Of a DNA stretch of 53,749 nucleotides, positions 46,605 to 53,749 are shown piece by piece. The notes under the pieces are model-generated. The model was not told where the DNA came from. It saw only the letters and a program-made list of their open reading frames with translations, and did not search any database. Location of the stretch: the IMG/VR virus record IMGVR_UViG_3300032086_001878, positions 1 through 53,749 of that record; one strand, written 5' to 3'. The stretch is from a virus (lineage: Duplodnaviria > Caudoviricetes). How positions within the stretch are numbered: position 1 is the first letter of the stretch; every line of letters begins with the position of its first letter. The translations under genes were made by a program, and so were the position numbers.

Positions 46605-46654
46605 TGCAAAATTTTAACTGATTCCATAACTAATAGCAATACTTATTTTTTTTC

Positions 46655-46684
46655 TTGACTTTAATTACGCCACTTAGCTATTCT
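46655..46684 (+). promoter_or_regulatory. Integrase promoter containing the ACGCCACTTAG motif
   Basis: TTGACT-N18-TATTCT. Confidence 0.55.
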
Positions 46685-46711
46685 TGCAATTAAGGAAGCG
46701 AGGGTAAGATT

Positions 46712-47791
46712 ATGACGAATAGAGTTAAGTACTTCAGAGAAATAGTTTTAAGCACGGGGGAACGAAAATACTGTTTTGAACCCCCAAAGTATGTGCAGGA
46801 TGCTCTTGGATGCAGAAGGGAACCCTATGACAGTAAGCTCTTGGCTATACAAAGATGTCAGGAGATCGATGATGCTTACAGGCAGTTCAAACGAGGTGAT
46901 ATAGCTGTTCAAAGAGTAAACTCTGCCACTGTATTGGGTATAATTAACTACTATAAGAGTACCCACGAATATGTTAAACTAGCAGACAATAGTAAAAAGA
47001 CCTATGAACAGTTACTTTCAGGTCTGATTAACATCCAATTACGATCTAAAAGTGGCCCGTTTGTAGAAATGTTGGCTGCAAACGTGACTGAGGATCATGC
47101 AGATAAGCTACATGCATTCCTTCGAGACAACATTTCAGACCACAGGGCGAGACACACGGTTAAGTTCCTGAAGCGTGTCTGGAATGTCTGTGAAATGAAG
47201 AAAAAGATTAGAGGTAATCCTTGGAGACATCTGGAACTGGAGTCAGATCCTGTAAGTGATGTCGTATGGAAGGAAAGCCAAGTCGATAGGTTCATCAATA
47301 CCGCAGATGATATGGGGTATCCTTCGATGGGAACACTGGCAATGCTTTGCTACGACCTATGCCAACGACCTGGAGATATGCGGCAACTTACATGGGAACA
47401 GTTTGATGGAGAGAGCTTCGATTTCTATCAGGAAAAGACAGGGGTGAAGATTGAGATCGATGCAAGCCCCCGTTTAGTTAAGCGACTAGTACCGCTGCAC
47501 AATAGATACGGACAAGATGAAACCATTGTTCAATATGAGAAAACGAACAAGGGCTACGACAATCGAAAGTATAACGAGATCGCTGCTAAAATACGGAAGC
47601 AGTGTATGCTCCCTGATAAACTTAAAATGAAATTTTTACGTCACTCAGGGGCTACCGTTCTTGGCGAAAACGGGGCTACGGAAGATCAGATCTCCGCAGT
47701 TACAGGCCACAAATCCAGACAGATGCTCAACATCTACGTCAAAAAGACCAAGCGTTTGGCATCTTCTGCACAACAACTGAGGTTCAAATGA
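46712..47791 (+). CDS. int: Tyrosine recombinase / integrase
   Basis: CQRPGD (R), QEKTG (K), FLRHS, TGH, IY catalytic residues. Confidence 0.92.
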   Translation: MTNRVKYFREIVLSTGERKYCFEPPKYVQDALGCRREPYDSKLLAIQRCQEIDDAYRQFKRGDIAVQRVNSATVLGIINYYKSTHEYVKLADNSKKTYEQLLSGLINIQLRSKSGPFVEMLAANVTEDHADKLHAFLRDNISDHRARHTVKFLKRVWNVCEMKKKIRGNPWRHLELESDPVSDVVWKESQVDRFINTADDMGYPSMGTLAMLCYDLCQRPGDMRQLTWEQFDGESFDFYQEKTGVKIEIDASPRLVKRLVPLHNRYGQDETIVQYEKTNKGYDNRKYNEIAAKIRKQCMLPDKLKMKFLRHSGATVLGENGATEDQISAVTGHKSRQMLNIYVKKTKRLASSAQQLRFK

Positions 47792-47922
47792 AGGACATCA
47801 CAGAGGCACGAAGGGCGTTTGAAGAAGAATTAAAACGGCTAATTAAAAAGCCACCAAGCGTCCTGACTGAACGTCTTATAGACTTAATACAGGCAATACA
47901 AACTGAACTTAAAAAGGAATGA
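47788..47922 (+). CDS. 44-aa hypothetical protein
   Basis: ATGA-coupled to int; MKDITEARRAFEEEL.. Confidence 0.6.
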   Translation: MKDITEARRAFEEELKRLIKKPPSVLTERLIDLIQAIQTELKKE

Positions 47923-47925
47923 CCA

Positions 47926-48093
47926 ATGGATATAGCCCAGTTACCTATCAAGCTGTTAGCACATTTAGAATTTATCGGGGTGTTACCTCGCAGTGTGGAT
48001 GAAGATGGCGTTGATAATATCGAAACCCCTGAGATCGGTAAGAGCTTCTTTAGAAAGCCTGACTTCGATGCTCAAGGCGAACCAGAGTTCTAG
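47926..48093 (+). CDS. 55-aa hypothetical protein
   Basis: MDIAQLPIKL..; carries the shared AAAGGAATGACCA leader. Confidence 0.7.
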   Translation: MDIAQLPIKLLAHLEFIGVLPRSVDEDGVDNIETPEIGKSFFRKPDFDAQGEPEF

Positions 48094-48102
48094 GAGGTGC
48101 AT

Positions 48103-48309
48103 ATGTTACCACCTTGCGAGAACTATGATGAATGTAGATCCTACGGGGTCTTCAAAGACGGGTATGACGAAAGAGCGTTCTGCCCACAATGTTATGCTCA
48201 ACGAAAAGGAATAGACATCTTTGGCAATACACAAAAATCCAAACCCAAAAATAAAGCGACATCAAAACCCATGTCGGTTGTTCGGAAAAGACTTCATCAA
48301 TGCGTGTGA
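48103..48309 (+). CDS. Small Cys-containing protein
   Basis: GGAGG RBS; C..C..CPQC. Confidence 0.55.
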   Translation: MLPPCENYDECRSYGVFKDGYDERAFCPQCYAQRKGIDIFGNTQKSKPKNKATSKPMSVVRKRLHQCV

Positions 48310-48433
48310 CGCAGCAAGACATTTTGATATGTCACACAGTTGGGTAGCTCATATGGTTCGCAACGGAATGAATAGGGATGTTCCTTACAGTGAACGTAGA
48401 GGCAGAGGAAAACCTCGCAATGAACGTCCATAG
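48221..48433 (+). CDS. Small HTH-like DNA-binding protein (candidate excisionase/regulator)
   Basis: F.NACDAARHFDMSHSWV; lies between int and attP. Confidence 0.5.
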   Translation: MAIHKNPNPKIKRHQNPCRLFGKDFINACDAARHFDMSHSWVAHMVRNGMNRDVPYSERRGRGKPRNERP

Positions 48434-48701
48434 ACATCATCAGCAAGAGGCTGCGAAAAGGAGTAAAGCCTCGAAGGAAACTAAATTCTTCCAAGTGGGT
48501 CATGTAACTTATGAGATTAATAACTCAGAGGAGCATGGCCTCACTTTCTCTCTCATAGCAGGGGAAGCTCTATCAGCTAAAGATCGAAAGCCCTTGTTTA
48601 GTGGCTTCGTTGAGACAGGCATGGTTGAGGAGCTAAGAACACTTGCGTTGTACCTAAAAGAGTTACAACTGAGGGATAAATTTGGTGGGATTTTAGATTG
48701 A
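48420..48701 (+). CDS. Hypothetical protein
   Basis: ATG 48420 after GAGGA. Confidence 0.65.
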   Translation: MNVHRHHQQEAAKRSKASKETKFFQVGHVTYEINNSEEHGLTFSLIAGEALSAKDRKPLFSGFVETGMVEELRTLALYLKELQLRDKFGGILD

Positions 48702-48793
48702 AAAAAAATAAAAAAAATAAAATTCTAGACAATAAAATTGAATTTTATAGAATTGAATTGAATCGTTTTGCTAACCCATTGATTTTAAAGGAT

Positions 48794-48835
48794 TGGTTGC
48801 GGGGAGAGGATTTGAACCTCTGACCTTCAGGTTAT
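48794..48835 (-). mobile_element. attP core: 3' half of tRNA-Met(CAT)
   Basis: Reverse complement ATAACCTGAAGGTCAGAGGTTCAAATCCTCTCCCCGCAACCA; flanked by IHF-consensus sites at 48772 and 48852. Confidence 0.88.
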
Positions 48836-48986
48836 AGCCAGAAACCAATAAAATCAATGACTTACAGGCAGGGTAATTAGTTAAGCCCATAACTTAACAC
48901 TTTTGTAGTGGGCTTGACTTAACTGGCGCTTTATGTAGGCGTAACTAATGGCACTACGGTTCCTAAACAATTTTGGGAGCTAATCG

Positions 48987-49211
48987 ATGCAGGAACAAGA
49001 TTTAAGACTAGAGGGTGGACACTTAGCAAAGACCAAGAAAATAGGTGTTTGTAATGAGTGTTGTAAGTATATGGGCGAAGGGGAACACAGCGTGGTACTG
49101 ATATATACGTATCTATCACCATTTTATTTTCCAGACGATGAAGACTGTCGGTCATATGCGTGGGAAAATTTATGCCTCGACTGTGGTAAGAATTACATTG
49201 ATATATCGTGA
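48987..49211 (+). CDS. Small zinc-binding-like protein
   Basis: CNEC..CLDC; GGAG RBS. Confidence 0.55.
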   Translation: MQEQDLRLEGGHLAKTKKIGVCNECCKYMGEGEHSVVLIYTYLSPFYFPDDEDCRSYAWENLCLDCGKNYIDIS

Positions 49212-49962
49212 ACAACTTAACTTCGTTAAATCTCTGAATTTAACTGAGGGTGAAAAAAAGACTCTTGCGTGTCCTGCTTGCGGCAAGCGAAATAAGTTCA
49301 CAGTGGACAAGTTCGATGGGGTATTGGTCTGGAACTGCTACTCCGCATCTTGCAGTGTTAAGGGTAGCTTTCGAGGCTCTAGAGACATGGATGCCCTGAA
49401 GAATTATATCGGGGGTTCACCTACGCAGAGACACCGCAGGATAAACAGGATGCCTGAAGTGACTACGAGTGTGACGAATCATGCCCCTGCCCTGACTTAC
49501 CTTCGGTCAGTAAATTCACTTGAAGCTTACGAGCAAGGCTATATAAAAATTAGATATGCTCCATCTGATAACAGAGTTCTTTTCTACACCCCTGATAACT
49601 TGGGGGCTGTAGGAAGGGCTTTAGATAAGCGTACTCCAAAGTGGTGGAGCTACGGGAATACTAGTAGCGGTATCCATGTAGGCAGCGGAAATCATTGTAT
49701 TTTAGTTGAAGACGCTCCTTCGGCCTGTTCTGTTAGTAGGATCGAAGGCTACACGGGCGTAGCTCTTCTTGGAACAAATGTAACACAACCGATTAGAAAA
49801 ACACTTAGTAAGTACACAAGTTGCGGAATTGTTCTTGACAAAGATGCCTCACGTAAGGCAGTGTTACTTACAAGGCAGAACAAATGTATTAACTACGTGC
49901 GGTTTACTGCCAATGATTTGAAGTTGTTAAGTGTTGAAAGAGTTAGAGATTTAATACAATGA
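49138..49962 (+). CDS. DNA primase (Zn ribbon plus TOPRIM); true start may lie downstream
   Basis: CPAC..WNCYSASC, LVED..SA, ALLGT, LDKDA. Confidence 0.85.
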   Translation: MKTVGHMRGKIYASTVVRITLIYREQLNFVKSLNLTEGEKKTLACPACGKRNKFTVDKFDGVLVWNCYSASCSVKGSFRGSRDMDALKNYIGGSPTQRHRRINRMPEVTTSVTNHAPALTYLRSVNSLEAYEQGYIKIRYAPSDNRVLFYTPDNLGAVGRALDKRTPKWWSYGNTSSGIHVGSGNHCILVEDAPSACSVSRIEGYTGVALLGTNVTQPIRKTLSKYTSCGIVLDKDASRKAVLLTRQNKCINYVRFTANDLKLLSVERVRDLIQ

Positions 49963-50210
49963 GAAATTACAAAAGCTCAAGCCTCAGATATATTAGAAGC
50001 GAAAACCCAATATATCGGTGGGGGTTTTTACAAAAATCTTTCTCAACGATTATAAGAAAATTTAAAATGATGACGAGGATCGGAGTACCGCAAAGTGATT
50101 GGGTATCTTCGCACTCATGGGGTAGCCCTATTGTGCCTATGGCCCCACCCAGAAATGATCACGGATTAGCATTGAACATCGATACATATGTGGACTATGT
50201 AGATAAGTAG
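49959..50210 (+). CDS. Hypothetical protein
   Basis: 83 aa, ATGA-coupled; no recognisable motif. Confidence 0.4.
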   Translation: MRNYKSSSLRYIRSENPIYRWGFLQKSFSTIIRKFKMMTRIGVPQSDWVSSHSWGSPIVPMAPPRNDHGLALNIDTYVDYVDK

Positions 50211-50266
50211 TTAATAATGAGTCGAAGCTAACCTTAGCACCGACTATAAACAACAAGGAAAAGGTA

Positions 50267-50470
50267 ATGAAAGCCAGAGGAATTGTGGTCATAGACTACG
50301 ATATAGATGGCGGTTTTAAAGAGGCCGCTGAAGAAGAACAACGATTAGAAGAAGCAATTAGCAAAATCGTTAAGGATAATAAAAGGGTGGTATTTCACCA
50401 AGTGGACATGAAAGAACGCAGAGGTGATGTTCCCCCTGATATTAAGAAGATGAAATTCAGAACTACCTGA
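50267..50470 (+). CDS. Hypothetical protein
   Basis: 67 aa, AAGG RBS, followed by a terminator. Confidence 0.8.
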   Translation: MKARGIVVIDYDIDGGFKEAAEEEQRLEEAISKIVKDNKRVVFHQVDMKERRGDVPPDIKKMKFRTT

Positions 50471-50494
50471 TTTAAAACCAAAACTAAAAAAATT

Positions 50495-50524
50495 AGCCCC
50501 TTTCGAAAGATTGGGGCTTTTTTT
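50495..50524 (+). terminator. Intrinsic terminator
   Basis: AGCCCC...GGGGCT plus T-tract. Confidence 0.7.
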
Positions 50525-50581
50525 GAATCACTAAGTGCTTTACTATGCCACTCTATAATAAAATAACAATAGGGCGGTATT

Positions 50582-51799
50582 ATGGAACAACAGCTAATAA
50601 AAACGCTGCTTAGTAATAGCACCTTCTTAGCGAATCAGGCGAACTTACGCAGGACACTATTCAGTGGTGAGTACGCATCGATCTACGATAAGCTGAAGGA
50701 AGCGCATGAAAAGTATGCAAGAGATCTAACCTTAGATGAAATCTACAGTCTCTGGCTCACAGATAATCCTGTAGCTACCCCTGCGGAAATCCATGAGGTT
50801 AGGGATGTAATAGACCAACTCAAGCGAGTTGAAGCTCTAGGTGAAGACGTTACCACAGATGTTATTACGAAGCTCTGGAGAGCCGATATAGGCCGTGAGA
50901 TAGCGAACCTTGGCATTAATATGGCTGAAGGTGATACAGGCGCTCTGTCGAGACTACAGAGCCTTATAGAGCGTGTTGGTGATGGGTTTATAGAAGATGA
51001 TTTTGGCGAACCTACCACAGATAATATTTATGAGCTTCTAGCTGAAACAAGCAACGAAAATAAATGTAAGTTTAACATCGAAACTTTGAGCCGACACCTC
51101 TACGGCATTGGTGGCGGTGACTTCATGTTAGTCGCAGCTAGACCCGAAACAGGTAAGTCTGCATTTGTCATTAGTTTAGCTGCAGCGCCTGGAGGTTTCT
51201 GTCAGCAAGGATACAAAGTTGTCTATATCGGAAACGAAGAAAAAACCACACGGACAAAGCTGAGAGCTATCCAAGCTTGTTCTGGCATGACCCGTGAGCA
51301 AATCGCTGAAGATCCTGATCTAGCCATGTCGATGTATACGGGAGTTAGAGATAACTTAATCATGCACGATGCCCAAGAGTGGGATCTAGATAAGATCAAC
51401 GCCTACTGCGAAAGAGTGCAGCCGAATGTCCTGATATTGGATCAGGCAGACAAGATACAGATCTCTGGTAACTATAATGCAAGCCATGAACGGATTAGGG
51501 AACTCTATCGTTCTATCAGGGAACTCGCAAAGCGACATGACTGTGCAGTGATAGCCGTGAGCCAAGCTTCGGCTGAAGCAGAGGGCAAGCTGCGGATTGA
51601 TTTCTCTATGCTCGAAGGAAGTAAGACGGGCAAAGCCGCTGAGATCGATGTCTGTTTGGGTATCGGTAAACCGTCAGGTGGCAATGACGATGAACCCAAT
51701 ACCACCAGACAATTATACATCAGCAAAAATAAACTCAGTGGATTTCACGGGAGTATCATTTGTTCAATTCAGCCAGAGGTAAGCAGATATGTTGAATGA
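50582..51799 (+). CDS. Replicative DNA helicase (SF4, DnaB-like)
   Basis: AARPETGKS, NEE, ILDQADK, AVSQA, ISKNK. Confidence 0.9.
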   Translation: MEQQLIKTLLSNSTFLANQANLRRTLFSGEYASIYDKLKEAHEKYARDLTLDEIYSLWLTDNPVATPAEIHEVRDVIDQLKRVEALGEDVTTDVITKLWRADIGREIANLGINMAEGDTGALSRLQSLIERVGDGFIEDDFGEPTTDNIYELLAETSNENKCKFNIETLSRHLYGIGGGDFMLVAARPETGKSAFVISLAAAPGGFCQQGYKVVYIGNEEKTTRTKLRAIQACSGMTREQIAEDPDLAMSMYTGVRDNLIMHDAQEWDLDKINAYCERVQPNVLILDQADKIQISGNYNASHERIRELYRSIRELAKRHDCAVIAVSQASAEAEGKLRIDFSMLEGSKTGKAAEIDVCLGIGKPSGGNDDEPNTTRQLYISKNKLSGFHGSIICSIQPEVSRYVE

Positions 51800-51953
51800 G
51801 TCAGACTTACAAGAATTTTATGAAGAGCAATTGAAAGAACAGCAAGAAAAGCTGCGGAAAGCAACTAAAGAAAAGGCCAAGTTATTTGAAGAACAGATAG
51901 ACCTTTTGCAGAAGCTAATCCGCAATCAAAATAAACTTTGGGGCATTGAATGA
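51789..51953 (+). CDS. 54-aa coiled-coil hypothetical protein
   Basis: MLNESDLQEFYEEQL..; ATGA overlap with polA. Confidence 0.6.
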   Translation: MLNESDLQEFYEEQLKEQQEKLRKATKEKAKLFEEQIDLLQKLIRNQNKLWGIE

Positions 51954-53749
51954 AAACACTAATACTGGACTTGGAAACGACCATACAACGACTTAACGGA
52001 AAGATAGATAACTCACCCTTTAACCCTAAAAATAAATGCGTATCAGCCCACTTCTGTTGGCTTGGAGAGCCTGTACAGACACTGGTATTCCACCATAATG
52101 AAAAGAAGTGGCCTGATAGCCCTGATACACTGAAGCAAGCTCTCGAAGAAGCTGACATCTTAGTAGCGCACAACGCTAAGTTTGATGTTCAGTGGCTTGT
52201 AGAAATGGGGTTCAGCATCCCTGAAACCGTATACTGCACAATGATTGGTGAATACATCTTAGCTAAAGGCCATCTTACTGAAGTCATTAAAGATGAAGAA
52301 GGTAAAGATAAAGTAGTACCTAAGTCATTAAGCTTAAAGAGAACCGCAGAACGAAGGGATGTAACTAGGAAGAAATCAGATTTAGTAGACGAATTATTTA
52401 AGTCTGGAACTGGCTTTGAAATGATGCCTTTAGATACTGTGATGGAATACGCAGAGGCAGACGTAATAAGTTGCCAAGAGATCTATCAGGCACAGCAAGA
52501 GGATTATGCAAAGCCAGAGAATACTTCGATGGCGTATGTAGTGACCCTGATGAACGAAATGCTTCTGTTTTTAGTAGAGCTTGAAAAGAACGGCATCAAA
52601 GTTGATTTGGAAAAGCTCGAAGAAATAAAGCAACAATTTACCGAAGAGCATCAGGAAATATCGAAGCGTCTGGAAGAGATTGTCGAACAGGTGATGGGAG
52701 ATACCCCAATTAATCTGGCTTCAGGCGAAGATATGAATAAAGTGATCTACAGCCGCAGAGTTAAAGACAAGAATAAACATAAGCAGGTTTTTAATATCGG
52801 CCCTAAAAAGTTTCCCCCGTGGATGAATAAGGCAGAATTTGCTAGGGCTGTTAGAGCTACAACGGAACTTGTTCAGAAGACAGATGCTAAAGTATGCCCT
52901 GAGTGCAACGGTGCAGGAAGGATACGAAAGTTTAAAGTTAACGGTGAGCCATATAAAAATACTTCGCCCTGTAAAACCTGTGACAGCAAAGGCGCATTAT
53001 ACGTTCCTAATGGAAAAACTGCAGGACTTAAACTAGTTCCCCGTGAAGCTGAAGATGCATCTGTTCATGGATTTAAGACTGACAAGACTACAATCCAACG
53101 ATTGATCGATCAGGCTGCAGCTAAAGGTAACGACATTGCTGTTGAGTTCCTTACTAAACTCTCTCGCATGAATGCTCTATCGACATATTTAGATAGCTTC
53201 ATTCAAGGGATTGAAACGTGGACACGTCCTGATGGATTGCTACATACAAACTTCAACCAATGCATCACTGCTACAGGCAGACTGTCTTCCTCGAACCCAA
53301 ACTTCCAGAACCAACCAAAGCGAGGCTTCCCTGTTAGAAGTGCGGTAATTAGCAGGTTTGAAAACGGGAAAATTTTAGAAACGGATTACTCAAATCTTGA
53401 GTTCGTCATGGCAGGGGAATTATCCCGTGACCCCCAGATTATTAAGGATGTTCTCGAAGGTAAGGATCTGCATAAGCAGACAGCCTCAATAATATATCAA
53501 TGTGAACCAGAACAGGTTAGTAAAGATCAACGGCAAAATTCAAAAAAATTCAGTTTTAGTCCGATTTATGGGGGAGTTGGTGGTGGTGAAGCCCCCCATA
53601 TCCGAAACTATTTTAAGGAGTTTTTCAATATATACAAAGGTCTGGGAGCTTATCATAAGAAGCTGACTGATGGTGTAATGAAGGACGGGCATATCACAAC
53701 ATTCTCAGGCCGACAGTTTTACTGGCCTGATGAAACCAGACGTAGGAAC
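51950..53749 (+). CDS. polA: DNA polymerase family A with 3'-5' exonuclease and DnaJ-type Zn insert (about 707 aa when joined to 134-457)
   Basis: ILDLET, HNAKFD, TATGRLSSSNPNFQN, DYSNLE, KKFSFSPIYG; missing from the track because it is open at the window end. Confidence 0.95.
   Translation, partial: MKTLILDLETTIQRLNGKIDNSPFNPKNKCVSAHFCWLGEPVQTLVFHHNEKKWPDSPDTLKQALEEADILVAHNAKFDVQWLVEMGFSIPETVYCTMIGEYILAKGHLTEVIKDEEGKDKVVPKSLSLKRTAERRDVTRKKSDLVDELFKSGTGFEMMPLDTVMEYAEADVISCQEIYQAQQEDYAKPENTSMAYVVTLMNEMLLFLVELEKNGIKVDLEKLEEIKQQFTEEHQEISKRLEEIVEQVMGDTPINLASGEDMNKVIYSRRVKDKNKHKQVFNIGPKKFPPWMNKAEFARAVRATTELVQKTDAKVCPECNGAGRIRKFKVNGEPYKNTSPCKTCDSKGALYVPNGKTAGLKLVPREAEDASVHGFKTDKTTIQRLIDQAAAKGNDIAVEFLTKLSRMNALSTYLDSFIQGIETWTRPDGLLHTNFNQCITATGRLSSSNPNFQNQPKRGFPVRSAVISRFENGKILETDYSNLEFVMAGELSRDPQIIKDVLEGKDLHKQTASIIYQCEPEQVSKDQRQNSKKFSFSPIYGGVGGGEAPHIRNYFKEFFNIYKGLGAYHKKLTDGVMKDGHITTFSGRQFYWPDETRRRN
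53617..53749. repeat. Terminal direct overlap, copy 2
   Basis: Matches 1-133 with one mismatch. Confidence 0.97.

Noticed and set aside
48794-48835. Phage tRNA-Met gene
   Set aside because: Only the 3' half is present, with no D-arm or 5' acceptor strand; better explained as attP
48881-48897. CtrA box
   Set aside because: TTAA half-sites are 9 bp apart, not the canonical 7

Overview
The window appears to be a complete, circularly permuted podovirus genome of about 53.6 kb. Its ends carry a 133-bp direct overlap that splits the DNA polymerase gene. The family A polymerase has a DnaJ-type CxxCxGxG insert. The genome also has a tyrosine integrase with an attP matching the 3' half of tRNA-Met(CAT), a class II RNR, a MazG-like gene, and no RNA polymerase gene. 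These features fit the HMO-2011-type marine phages of Alphaproteobacteria (host likely Roseobacter/SAR116-like; inference). Layout: integration, replication and nucleotide genes on + (46.7-53.7 kb, continuing 1-6.0 kb); packaging, structure and lysis genes on - (6.9-39 kb); an AT-rich cluster of putative early genes on - (40.9-46.0 kb). The most striking unannotated signal is a regulatory-RNA layer of four promoter-hairpin-terminator small-RNA units. One (6319-6386) is antisense to a conserved RBS/start-codon leader shared by 7-8 putative early genes, and a second (6048-6178) carries the same UUGGUC loop. A third (6877-6939) is 25/27 antisense to the RBS of an unannotated 58-aa ORF, whose 59-aa paralog lies behind a perfect alphaproteobacterial LexA box near the integrase. 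A fourth (46530-46604) carries cuckoo-like anti-SD motifs. A DUF1127-like gene and a recurring ACGCCACTTAG promoter motif are also present, and I recognise no CI-like repressor. Together these suggest an undescribed RNA-based lysis/lysogeny or early-gene shut-off circuit (hypothesis). All calls are by eye; no database searches were run.
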